Assembly (NCBI GenBank): GCA_043822065.1
Contig: JBDRCC010000011.1
Location: 1 to 14,337, forward strand
DNA length: 14,337 nucleotides
Direction: 5' to 3'
Source: an archaeon
Lineage (GTDB): Archaea; Undinarchaeota; CAZHTU01; JBDRCC01
Shown here: one piece after another, positions 1-8,095 of the stretch
Layout of the letters: every line of letters starts with the position of its first letter
Position numbering within the stretch: the first letter of the stretch is position 1
The notes under the pieces: generated by a model
The model's database searches: none
What the model was told of the DNA's origin: nothing
The model's input: only the letters and a program-made list of their open reading frames with translations
Translations under genes and position numbers: made by a program

Positions 1-18
1 GAGAAGCTCGAGAAATAG
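1..18 (+). CDS. Possible 3' end of an upstream CDS (partial, ...EKLEK*)
   Basis: GAG AAG CTC GAG AAA TAG at the window edge, with host-like codons and convergent on 43..315; too short to verify. Confidence 0.4.
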   Translation, partial: EKLEK

Positions 19-42
19 AAAACTGGCAGACTGTTCTGATGG

Positions 43-315
43 CTAAAATCCCAGCTGGGTCAGCCTTATGGCCTGGAACGCCCAAAGCCTGGCAAGCCTG
101 TGCCTGACGGCGTACCCGCCAGCGTGGAATGCCTTTACCCTCCCCCAGAACTCCCCTATCTTCGCTGCCTCGACTATGCACACCAGCTCGACCTCGGAGG
201 AGATGCGGGACACGCTTTTGACATAGCCCATGCTGGCAATCTCCTTCATGAGCTGCTCCGCTGCGCTGCCGTCAAGCAATTTGACAAACAGATACCTGAG
301 GCTCTTGTTCCCCAT
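43..315 (-). CDS. Small protein, probable stand-alone Lrp/AsnC C-terminal (RAM/ferredoxin-like) domain
   Basis: 90-aa ORF with pattern YLFVKL...helix...VKSVSRISSEVELVCIVEA, resembling the Lrp/AsnC ligand-binding fold. TATA-like TATATTAA (340-347, minus strand) upstream. Confidence 0.55.
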   Translation of the reverse strand: MGNKSLRYLFVKLLDGSAAEQLMKEIASMGYVKSVSRISSEVELVCIVEAAKIGEFWGRVKAFHAGGYAVRHRLARLWAFQAIRLTQLGF

Positions 316-399
316 AGAAAAATATATTCCCCCTGCCCCTTAATATATCTTCCCCATAAAGAAGAAACCTTTTTATCCAGCCTCCACCAGTATTATCCC

Positions 400-843
400 A
401 TGGCGCTCACAAAACCCATCGAGCTCATTGAGCTGAACTGCAGCTCGTGCTTCCACCTCCGCGCACGCCTGCGGAAGGACAGGGCGCGCGCCACCCTAGC
501 AATCCAGTACAAGCGCGCAAAGGTCGCAGCCTTCCTCACCGAGAAGCTCGCAGAGGACGCAGGCCTGGGCCAGATACACTTCCTCCCAAACACCTTCGGC
601 AAGCTCCAGGGCACGCGGCTTGAGATGTTCTCAGGCGAGGAGAAGTTCAGCCCGACAGAGCTCGCAGGCCTCCCTGACGACGACGCCCTCAAGATATTCA
701 AGGAGAAGCCAATCCAGAAGGCGATAAAATCATACGACAAGGTCCTCAGCCACTGCAATTCCTGCTTCAAAAGCCGCAACGACGAGTCAGCGGCGGAATA
801 CCGCGGGAAATTCTTAAAGTCAGCAAAGGAAAAGCTCGAATAG
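400..843 (+). CDS. Hypothetical protein with two CxxC motifs (putative Zn-binding), 147 aa
   Basis: ATG at 400 follows TTTTAT at 371-376; CSSC near the N-terminus and CNSC near the C-terminus; strong GC3 bias from 400 onward. The ORF-track start at 100 overlaps 43..315 and is rejected. Confidence 0.75.
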   Translation: MALTKPIELIELNCSSCFHLRARLRKDRARATLAIQYKRAKVAAFLTEKLAEDAGLGQIHFLPNTFGKLQGTRLEMFSGEEKFSPTELAGLPDDDALKIFKEKPIQKAIKSYDKVLSHCNSCFKSRNDESAAEYRGKFLKSAKEKLE

Positions 844-847
844 CCGA

Positions 848-2086
848 CTACTCATACCTCAGCGCATCAACCGGCTTCAGCTTCGACGCCCTGTACGCAG
901 GCACCGCGCCGGCAATCATGCCTATGCTTATCGAAATCCCGAACGCAAAGGCAACCAGGTTCAGGGGAATTGCGGTCGTCAGCATCCCTCCCTGCCCCAT
1001 TATCCTTACGCCTATGGACGGCAGGGTATAGGATATGGCCGCCCCGAGGCTTATCCCGAGCACCCCCCCGACGACCCCCACCAGCGCTGCATTCAGCAGG
1101 AATATTACCGTTATGTCCCTGTTCTTCGCGCCAATCGCCTTCATTATCCCGATCTCCTTCGTCTTCTCAAGCACTGACGTGAACATGGTATTCGCAATCC
1201 CAACCGCCCCGACAATCAGCGACACCGCGGCTATTGCGCCAAGGAAAATGGTCATGGTGCTGGTTATCGCCGAGATGTTTTCCTGCATCACCTTTGCGGA
1301 TGTGATTGAGTAGTCCTTTTTCCGTTCGGTGACGTGCCTGGAAGCCATCAGCTTGCTGTCCGCGTCCGCTATTATCTGGTCGACGTATGACTCGTCCTCA
1401 GCCTTTAGCGTGATTGAGTTGTAGATGCCGTGGACTGCGTCCTCCAGGACGGTTTCCGCGGCGCTGATTGGCATTATTATGCTCCTGTCGTCCGTTCCCT
1501 CCGCCAGTATGCCTACTATCTTGAAGGGGCTGCCTTCGATGGTCAGCACCCGGTTCACCGCAAGCGGCTGCTTGAACGTGCTCTGTGCAAGCCTGTATCC
1601 TACAACGACTACATTGCTGTCGCCTGGCCCCAGGAGCCTGCCTGAGTCAAGCTCCGCTGTCGTGATGTACTTCCACACAGCAGGGTCCACCCCGGTCACC
1701 GACATGGTCGTTTTCTCTCCAAGATAGTATATCTCCGCCCTTCCGGAGATTGTCCCCTCTATGAACTTTACCCCACTGATGGAGCGGAGTACCTGGATGT
1801 CGCGGGTGGTGAGGTTTCCTCCGCTTGACGCCGCCTGGAAGCCTTCATCAAAATGCGCCTCCCTGAAGCCGCCCATCGCCCTGGAGCCGCCCGGGCTTAT
1901 CGTTATGATGTCAGCCCCAAGGCCGCCAAGCCTGCTCTCTATGCTCTGCTGCATCCCCTCGCCGATGGAAACTATCGCAACGACCGCGGCTACGCCTATG
2001 ACGATGCCGATTATCGTCAGCCAGCTGCGGAGCTTGCTGTGCAACAGGATGTTCGCTGCCAGCTTGACGGAAGTTGCGAATTTCAC
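848..2086 (-). CDS. ABC transporter permease, MacB/FtsX family
   Basis: N-terminal KLRSWLTIIGIVIGVAAVV, large extracytoplasmic domain, C-terminal GIANTMFTSVLEKTKEIGIMKAIGA and PAYRASKLKPVDALRYE; GTG start. Confidence 0.96.
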   Translation of the reverse strand: MKFATSVKLAANILLHSKLRSWLTIIGIVIGVAAVVAIVSIGEGMQQSIESRLGGLGADIITISPGGSRAMGGFREAHFDEGFQAASSGGNLTTRDIQVLRSISGVKFIEGTISGRAEIYYLGEKTTMSVTGVDPAVWKYITTAELDSGRLLGPGDSNVVVVGYRLAQSTFKQPLAVNRVLTIEGSPFKIVGILAEGTDDRSIIMPISAAETVLEDAVHGIYNSITLKAEDESYVDQIIADADSKLMASRHVTERKKDYSITSAKVMQENISAITSTMTIFLGAIAAVSLIVGAVGIANTMFTSVLEKTKEIGIMKAIGAKNRDITVIFLLNAALVGVVGGVLGISLGAAISYTLPSIGVRIMGQGGMLTTAIPLNLVAFAFGISISIGMIAGAVPAYRASKLKPVDALRYE

Positions 2087-2088
2087 TT

Positions 2089-3399
2089 TCAGGCCTTCTT
2101 CTTTTCCTTAGAGCACTTCAGGCAGGGCAAAAGCCTCTTTCCCTGCTTGTAGCACTTCTTGTACCAAACCGCGCCCGCAGCTAAGACCAAAAGGACAATT
2201 CCATACGTCCTCAGCTTGCTGCCGCCTGCCGTTCCTGCCCTCTGCGGCATGCCTGTCGCAGTGGCTGTGCCGTCGGTAATGCTCCTGAACTGGATTGGAA
2301 CCTCCTTCTCCACCGAATGCCTCTTCCCGGTGGTGTCGGTGTACTCCACAAGCACCTTCAGGTTTCCGCCGCCGGCCTGTGCGCCCCCCGCGCTCTGGGC
2401 GTCCTTCAGCTGTGCAGCGCGCTCTTCCCTGCTCATTGCAGAGAAGTCGCCCGACGCGAAGCCCTGCGCTATCTGGAATGAGACTATCGTGTAGTCGCCC
2501 CTGTCGAGGTTGCCCACTATCGAAGCCGTGCTCCCTGACACCCTGAAGCTAGGCTGGTCCGGCACCCTTACTGTCACGGAATACGCCGGGTTGTTCCCTG
2601 TGTTTGCGACCGAAAGCGAGGTCTGCCCGGACGAGCTTTCAGAGAACGTCACGTCAAAGTCGGTCTCGCCGCCGACGAATATCCCAGCTTTTGTGCTGAC
2701 CGCGGATGACGAGCCGGAGGAGCTCTCGAACGTCAGCGTCATGTCAAGCTGGTACAGCCCGGGGTTTGCGTCTATCCCTGCGACAACAATGTACTCTATC
2801 TCCGCCGTCTGGCCGGCGCCTATGTACTTGACGTACTTAGTATTATCCGAATACACCGGAAGTATCACCCCGTCAGCCTCCTCCCACGAGAACCTGACAT
2901 TTTGCATGGAGGATGAGCCCCTGTTCTCTATTGTGAACTTTAATGTGGTCTCCTGCCCTGGCTCGAGCTTGGACTTGTCAAGGGTTATGGCCTGCGAGTA
3001 CTTCGTGCTGCTTATGTCTATGTCAAAGCTTTTGGTTATCCCGCCATACGCCAGCTTCACCTTGTAAGTCCCCTGGACAGCGTCCTTGTCGACGAGGACC
3101 TTGAACTTCTGTATCGACGCAGAGAGCTCCTGCTGGTAAGCCGCCAATGTGTTTATCTGCCTGGAGTAGTCCTCCCCGGAGACCTCACTGAACGGGTACT
3201 CTGGGAGCAGCTCCACCGCCACGTTATTCAGCGTCGTGCTGCCGGTGTTCTCAATGCTGAACCTCAGCTCCACTATGTCGCCGGTGTCTGCCGGGTCAGG
3301 GCTCTGGCTCACGAACGACGCATCTACCGCCGCGGCATGGCCTAAAGCCGAAAACAGCACTACTACCAGCAGGCAGCCAACTAACAGGTTTGCTCTCAT
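2089..3399 (-). CDS. COG1361-like (S-layer/Ig-like domain) membrane-anchored protein associated with MacB-type ABC operons
   Basis: Signal peptide; repeated Ig-like segments (FSIENTG, FTIENRG, SVANTG..AYSVTV); C-terminal TM helix and basic tail; ATGA overlap with the ATPase gene. Confidence 0.85.
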   Translation of the reverse strand: MRANLLVGCLLVVVLFSALGHAAAVDASFVSQSPDPADTGDIVELRFSIENTGSTTLNNVAVELLPEYPFSEVSGEDYSRQINTLAAYQQELSASIQKFKVLVDKDAVQGTYKVKLAYGGITKSFDIDISSTKYSQAITLDKSKLEPGQETTLKFTIENRGSSSMQNVRFSWEEADGVILPVYSDNTKYVKYIGAGQTAEIEYIVVAGIDANPGLYQLDMTLTFESSSGSSSAVSTKAGIFVGGETDFDVTFSESSSGQTSLSVANTGNNPAYSVTVRVPDQPSFRVSGSTASIVGNLDRGDYTIVSFQIAQGFASGDFSAMSREERAAQLKDAQSAGGAQAGGGNLKVLVEYTDTTGKRHSVEKEVPIQFRSITDGTATATGMPQRAGTAGGSKLRTYGIVLLVLAAGAVWYKKCYKQGKRLLPCLKCSKEKKKA

Positions 3400-4103
3400 T
3401 CTTTTTTCCTCCTTCTTTTGTTCTGGGTTATCCGCTCCACCTGCCCGTCCTTGAGGTACACTATCCTTTCTGCATACTGCACAAGGTGCAGGTCGTGGGT
3501 GACTATGATGAGGGTCGTGCCCTTCTTTTTATGTATGTCCGACAGGAACTTCATTATGAACTCCCCGCTCTTGCTGTCCAGGTTCCCTGTCGGCTCGTCC
3601 GCGAGTATTATGTCCGGGTCAACCGAAAGCGCGCGGGCGATTGCAACCCTCTGCCTCTCCCCGCCAGAAAGCTGGGACGGCAGGTGGCGCATCCTGTCCC
3701 CGAGCCCGACCAGCGTGAGAAGCTCAGCCGACTTTTTCCTCGCCACCCCTGTGTCCACGTCCTGGATCTCAAGCGGCAGCATGACGTTCTCAAGGGCGGT
3801 AAGCGTCGGGATGAGGTTGAACTGCTGGAATATGAAGCCTATCTGCTTTCCCCGGGTCTGGGCAAGGTCTGACTCAGTCAGGCTTTCTATGTCCTTCCCT
3901 GCGAGGTATATCTTCCCCTTAGTCGGCAGGTCAAGGCACCCGACAAGGTTCATAACAGTGCTCTTCCCGCTCCCGCTCGGCCCGGCTATTGCAAGGAACT
4001 CCCCCTTCCTGACGTCGAGGCTTATCCCCCGTATGGCCGGGACTTCGACTTCCCCCATCTGGTAAACCTTCCAGGCATCATCTAGTTTTATTATCGGCTG
4101 CAT
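3396..4103 (-). CDS. ABC transporter ATP-binding protein, LolD/MacB-like
   Basis: Walker A GPSGSGKST, GFIFQQFNLIP, signature LSGGERQRVAIARAL, Walker B ILADEPTGNLD, H-loop VTHD. Confidence 0.97.
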   Translation of the reverse strand: MQPIIKLDDAWKVYQMGEVEVPAIRGISLDVRKGEFLAIAGPSGSGKSTVMNLVGCLDLPTKGKIYLAGKDIESLTESDLAQTRGKQIGFIFQQFNLIPTLTALENVMLPLEIQDVDTGVARKKSAELLTLVGLGDRMRHLPSQLSGGERQRVAIARALSVDPDIILADEPTGNLDSKSGEFIMKFLSDIHKKKGTTLIIVTHDLHLVQYAERIVYLKDGQVERITQNKRRRKKE

Positions 4104-4111
4104 GCAAATTC

Positions 4112-4199
4112 TATAGTTTCATATAAATGAAACCATATATGGACTTATTCGAAACCATACGGCTTGGTATCAGCAACCACTAAATATGGTTTCATTTAT
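4112..4199. promoter_or_regulatory. Operator-like inverted repeats in the divergent promoter region
   Basis: Perfect 16-bp inverted repeat ATAAATGAAACCATAT (4123-4138) / ATATGGTTTCATTTAT (4184-4199); local palindrome TATAGTTTCAT-ATAA-ATGAAACCATA (4112-4137); extra half-site GAAACCATA (4151-4159). Confidence 0.7.
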
Positions 4200-4216
4200 C
4201 CTTGACCATGCCAAAA

Positions 4217-4224
4217 CTTAAATA
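4217..4224 (+). promoter_or_regulatory. Archaeal TATA box (CTTAAATA) with A-rich BRE-like flank
   Basis: Ends 24 bp before ATG 4248, which may therefore be the true start of the regulator gene. Confidence 0.55.
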
Positions 4225-4238
4225 AGTGCAGTCCAAAT

Positions 4239-4805
4239 ATGCCAAACATGACAAAGGAAAAGAACAGGAAGATAGTGCTCGGCATCGGCATAGTCGTCGC
4301 CTTTCTCCTGCTGCTCCTGGTTTTGAACTCCTACGTCGGCTACCGGGCGGCTGAGCGGAGGAACACGTGGCTTGAGGGGGAGATGCGGCAGAACCTTACA
4401 GCCGAGCAGTTCTCCCACTTTGAGGCAGGCAAGAGGATGGAGCGGCCGTCCCAGTTTACCTCCCTCTTTTTGCTCGTCCCGGCACTTCTTGGGGTCTTTG
4501 TCGGCGTCCTAGTCTACTATGTGACCTCAGAGAAGATTGTCGAAAAGGAGCACCAGATAGAGAAGAACACTAAGATAATACTCAACTTCCTCGGTCCGGA
4601 GGAGAAGAAGATAGTCCACACCCTGCTCGCGAACGGGGGCAGCATCAACCAGTACGAGCTCACCCGCCTCCCGGACCTGAACAAGGTAAAGACCCACAGG
4701 ATTCTCCAGAAGCTTGAGCAGAAAGGTGTAATTACGAAGCAGCACCTCGGCAAAATAAACAAGATAGCCCTCCACAAGGAATTGTACGAGGTCCTCAAGG
4801 ACTGA
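4239..4805 (+). CDS. Membrane-anchored transcriptional regulator with C-terminal MarR-like wHTH (COG2512-like)
   Basis: Two TM helices, then L.PEEKKIV..L..NGGSINQYELTRL..LNKVKTHRILQKLEQKGVI.K...GK.NKI. Start may be 4248. Confidence 0.88.
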   Translation: MPNMTKEKNRKIVLGIGIVVAFLLLLLVLNSYVGYRAAERRNTWLEGEMRQNLTAEQFSHFEAGKRMERPSQFTSLFLLVPALLGVFVGVLVYYVTSEKIVEKEHQIEKNTKIILNFLGPEEKKIVHTLLANGGSINQYELTRLPDLNKVKTHRILQKLEQKGVITKQHLGKINKIALHKELYEVLKD

Positions 4806-4894
4806 GGCAGCCAACGCCAGTTCCGCTTCTTTTCAAACAATATGAATGATAGCATTTTATACGCCGCCACCCAATATTTATGCCGGTGCTATGA

Positions 4895-5224
4895 ATGACT
4901 AAAATAGAATTTACAGGCCTCAATGAAATGGCTTCAAGCGAAGAGAAAATAGGCGAGCTCAAGAACAATGTCAACAGCTTTCAGTTCCGGATGGATTTTC
5001 CTGATTCAGACAGGGGCGATATCCTGTCCCTGATCAATAAATGCGGCTTAAGCTCCAAGCCAAACAAGCGCGCAGAGTTTAGGTCTGACGTCGTGAACGG
5101 CTTCCTTAAGGGAGAACGCGCCGTACTGGTCTCTTGCCGGGGCTCCACGCTCAATGTGCTTTATTTCAAGCTGAAGAATGCTGGCTACCGCCTGTCGAAT
5201 GGCGGCGGCGTGTTTGTCCATTGA
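4895..5224 (+). CDS. Hypothetical protein, 109 aa
   Basis: ATG-initiated ORF filling the gap between neighbours; no family recognised. Confidence 0.6.
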   Translation: MTKIEFTGLNEMASSEEKIGELKNNVNSFQFRMDFPDSDRGDILSLINKCGLSSKPNKRAEFRSDVVNGFLKGERAVLVSCRGSTLNVLYFKLKNAGYRLSNGGGVFVH

Positions 5225-5262
5225 ACTAAATCCGCGCCTTCAAACGGTTAGGCTATCACAAT

Positions 5263-5586
5263 CTACTCCGGCAGCAGCCCCGGCAGCAGCCCGGTGCATC
5301 TCCAGTTCGTCTCTGCCGCCATTGTCTCCTCCGAGACAACGCAGGCCGGATTTGTGCAGAACTCTTTTGCCTCAGCCGGCTCAAGGTCAATCCACCAGGT
5401 CGTTGTCACTTCATTGTACACGAACGAATCCTTCAGCGCCCCGTCATCCATGCACGGGCTCGCTTCCGCTATTGCGTACGCCTCCTCCCTGGAAATGAGG
5501 CCCTGCGGCTCGCCGTAATCCTGCCCTCCGGCGGAAACGCACCCTAGCAGAAACACTACAAGCAAAATGAAAAACCGCCTTACCAT
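5263..5586 (-). CDS. Putative secreted/lipoprotein with Cys-rich domain
   Basis: From ATG 5586: MVRRFFILLVVFLLGC (lipobox-like), then C..., WWIDL, CTNPACVV and NWRCTG, i.e. four Cys suited to disulfides. Alternative start at 5625. Confidence 0.75.
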   Translation of the reverse strand: MVRRFFILLVVFLLGCVSAGGQDYGEPQGLISREEAYAIAEASPCMDDGALKDSFVYNEVTTTWWIDLEPAEAKEFCTNPACVVSEETMAAETNWRCTGLLPGLLPE

Positions 5587-5667
5587 ACGCCCAACTAATC
5601 CCAACTGCTTTTTATCATTTATCATTTGCCCCCAGCAAGGCTTAAATACAAATGCGCCAAATGCCGC

Positions 5668-5916
5668 CTATGCCTGCGGCACTTGCTTTCGTGCAGCTAA
5701 AGCCCAAAGAATGATTGCCAAGCAGCCTAAGGTGCCAATTCACCTGACTTTCGAGAATTTTTCATGCGCTGCGGTAGTCAACAGTGACAAGGCAGCCGCC
5801 ACAGCAACATCTTGAAACGGCGTTGCAGAGGCATACCCGTAATTCCACAATACGACTAGCAGCAGCCAAACTCCAAAAATAGCAATCCAATTCTTTGCCG
5901 TGACCTCTTCTACCAA
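5668..5916 (-). pseudogene. Small membrane protein, apparently interrupted by an in-frame TGA at 5740-5742
   Basis: Two hydrophobic helices (WIAIFGVWLLLVVLW; VAVAAALSLL) precede the TGA. The same frame continues IGTLGCLAIILWALAARKQVPQA to TAG at 5668-5670. Only a TTG start (5916) is available outside the upstream gene. Confidence 0.4.
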
Positions 5917-5944
5917 AAACTGCTTTATCCTTTTAACTGCCCTA

Positions 5945-6655
5945 TCAAAGCCCCAGGAAAACAATCGCCATGCCGCTTATGAAAATCATCGCGCCCGATA
6001 TCGGGTGGATGTACTTCTCAAACGCCTTTGCAGGCAAAAGCTCAATCCCCCTCGAAAACAGGTACACCACAGCCATCATCGTGAGCACGGTCACGCTTCC
6101 GAAAAAAAGGCTTACCATGCCCACGCCAGCCAGGCTCCCTGCCGCAGCCGGGTACATCAGCAGGGGTATCAGCGGCTCGCACGGCCCCAATACAAAAATC
6201 ACGAAAAGCACCCAGGGGGTTATGTTCGCCTTCCCTTCGCCATGCACGTGGGCGTGCCCGCCTGAATGGGTGTGCATCTCCTCATGCCGGCTCCCGTCCT
6301 CATGGAAATGCACGTGCTTGTGCGGCCTGCCGCTGTAAACTGCATGCATCCCCCAGACAAAATACGCAAGCCCGAATGCAATCATCGCCCAGGCGGCGAT
6401 ATTCCCGCGGAAAGCCTCAAGCGCCTCAAGCCTGAAAACAGCCATCCCGAATGCAATGCCGACAAACCCTATGACAATCGAGCTCATCACGTGCCCTATC
6501 CCGCAGGCAGCTGTTATCGCAAGCGTCTTTGCAATCCCCCACTTGCGCGCCTTGCCCATGGCTATGAACGGTATGTAGTGGTCCGGCCCGAAAAGGGTGT
6601 GTACGAACCCAAGCGAAGCCGCAGTCACCAGTAATAAATTCAAGTCCTGTGCCAT
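5945..6655 (-). CDS. His-rich nickel/cobalt transporter-like membrane protein (UreH/NiCoT/RcnA-like superfamily)
   Basis: TM1 motif HTLFGPDHY, CGIGHV, His-rich loop HKHVHFHEDGSRHEEMHTHSGGHAHVH, GPCEPLIP motif, about 6 TM helices. Confidence 0.85.
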   Translation of the reverse strand: MAQDLNLLLVTAASLGFVHTLFGPDHYIPFIAMGKARKWGIAKTLAITAACGIGHVMSSIVIGFVGIAFGMAVFRLEALEAFRGNIAAWAMIAFGLAYFVWGMHAVYSGRPHKHVHFHEDGSRHEEMHTHSGGHAHVHGEGKANITPWVLFVIFVLGPCEPLIPLLMYPAAAGSLAGVGMVSLFFGSVTVLTMMAVVYLFSRGIELLPAKAFEKYIHPISGAMIFISGMAIVFLGL

Positions 6656-6724
6656 TTAGCTCTCCGAGTCGCTAACTAACCCGCGCCATTTTTTAACCGT
6701 TTTGAATGCCGCTTATCCTAGAAA

Positions 6725-7183
6725 TCAGTCCTTGTGCGGCGGGTAATACGTCTTGCTCTTGAAAAGCGAGTACCTATGGACTCCGCGTGTTGAGGATTCC
6801 TCCCTGCGTATGCCGTACCTCATGCTGATGCCTGCCTTCTCATCCAGCTGCGTGTCCATGGCTATGCTCTCATAAGCGTCCTTCTCATCCAGCTCGAAGA
6901 CGAAAAACGAGACTTTTTCAAGCTCGTGCCTCTCCAGTCCCAGCTCCTTCGCCAGTATCTCCTTGAGCCTCTCCTGGAACCTTACAAACTTCGCAGACTT
7001 CCTCAGCTCCTCATACTCAGACTTCGCCTGGGCGTTCAGCTCGGCTGCCCGATCAAGCATGTCGCCCCTCGCGTGCGCGTCTGCATCCTTCCACTTCTTG
7101 TGGATCGGCTTGTACAGGTCGATAACCTCGTCGAATATCTTCCTTAGCTCCTCAACGTCCGGGTGGTGGTAAAACATTCCCAT
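6725..7183 (-). CDS. Hypothetical protein, 152 aa (charged, helical N-half)
   Basis: Host-like codon usage; TATA TTTTTATAT (7212-7220, minus strand) about 30 bp upstream. Confidence 0.75.
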   Translation of the reverse strand: MGMFYHHPDVEELRKIFDEVIDLYKPIHKKWKDADAHARGDMLDRAAELNAQAKSEYEELRKSAKFVRFQERLKEILAKELGLERHELEKVSFFVFELDEKDAYESIAMDTQLDEKAGISMRYGIRREESSTRGVHRYSLFKSKTYYPPHKD

Positions 7184-7301
7184 TGCTATCCATATTAACT
7201 TCTCCGACTGGATATAAAAAGATTTGCATCACGGCATGCGCGGCTTAGCAAATTCCAGGCCTTTCCAGAAATCTTATTAATCCCCCTGACATCTTTCTTT
7301 C

Positions 7302-8048
7302 ATGGTAAGCGGATTTTTCATTCTCCTGGCAGTATATGTGCTTGCGGGAATAAAGGTAGTCAACCAGTATGAGCGGGGGGTCAGGTTTACTTTCGGAAAA
7401 TATTCCGGCCTGATCGAGCCTGGCCTCAGGATAGTTCTTCCTGTAATACAGACCTGGAAGCGCGTCGACATCCGAATCAAGGCAGTCGACGTCCCGGACC
7501 AGGATGCAATAACACTTGACAACGTCTCCCTCAAGGTGAACGCTGTCCTCTACTACAAGGTGAGCGACGCCGCAAAGGCCATCATCGAGGTCCAGCAATT
7601 CGACTATGCGGTCTCCCAGCTTGCCCAGACGACAATGCGGGACGTGGTCGGCGAAGTCTCCCTTGACCAGCTCTTAAGCAAGAGGGACCAGGTCTCCAAG
7701 AGGATCAAGGAAATCGTCGACAAGGCGACCGACCCGTGGGGCATCCAAGTTGATTCCGTTGAGCTCAAGCACGTCGAGCTCCCTGAGCAGCTCAAGAGGA
7801 CAATCGGCAAGCAGGCCGAAGCGGAGAGGGAGAAGCGCTCAGTAATCATCGCGGCGGAGGGAGAGGTAATCGCGGCAAGCAACCTGGCGAAGGCGGCAAA
7901 GACCCTCTCAACGCAGACTGGCGCGCTCCACCTCAGGACTCTCCAGACCCTCAACGACCTGAGCTCCGACCAGAGCAACACGGTTGTCATCGGGGTTCCG
8001 CTCGAGATCCTGAGGGCGTTCGAAAAGCCAAGCAAGGACAAGAAGTAG
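7302..8048 (+). CDS. SPFH/band-7 stomatin-like (slipin) protein
   Basis: N-terminal TM; QYERGVRFTFG, ITLDNVSLKVNAVLYYKV, QLAQTTMRDVVG, TDPWGIQV..VELK, QAEAEREKR, ALHLRTLQTL. Confidence 0.95.
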   Translation: MVSGFFILLAVYVLAGIKVVNQYERGVRFTFGKYSGLIEPGLRIVLPVIQTWKRVDIRIKAVDVPDQDAITLDNVSLKVNAVLYYKVSDAAKAIIEVQQFDYAVSQLAQTTMRDVVGEVSLDQLLSKRDQVSKRIKEIVDKATDPWGIQVDSVELKHVELPEQLKRTIGKQAEAEREKRSVIIAAEGEVIAASNLAKAAKTLSTQTGALHLRTLQTLNDLSSDQSNTVVIGVPLEILRAFEKPSKDKK

Positions 8049-8095
8049 GCGCCAGCCTACTTCCCTTTTATTTTCATGCAGAACTAGCCAACTCC

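Noticed and set aside
1-18. Similarity of the EKLEK* end to the EKLE* end of 400..843, suggesting tandem paralogs
   Set aside because: Only about 12 bp of a common charged C-terminal motif; untestable within this window.
100-399. N-terminal extension of the 247-aa ORF
   Set aside because: It overlaps the opposite-strand 43..315 gene and an AT-rich promoter gap; ATG 400 has a properly placed TATA.
970-4065. Numerous + strand ORFs antisense to the ABC operon (similar shadow ORFs occur over other genes)
   Set aside because: Shadow frames caused by high GC3 in the real genes; no recognisable motifs.
5268-5291. 12-bp tandem duplication CCGGCAGCAGCC x2
   Set aside because: A simple in-frame slippage giving GLLP-GLLP at a protein C-terminus; no wider significance evident.
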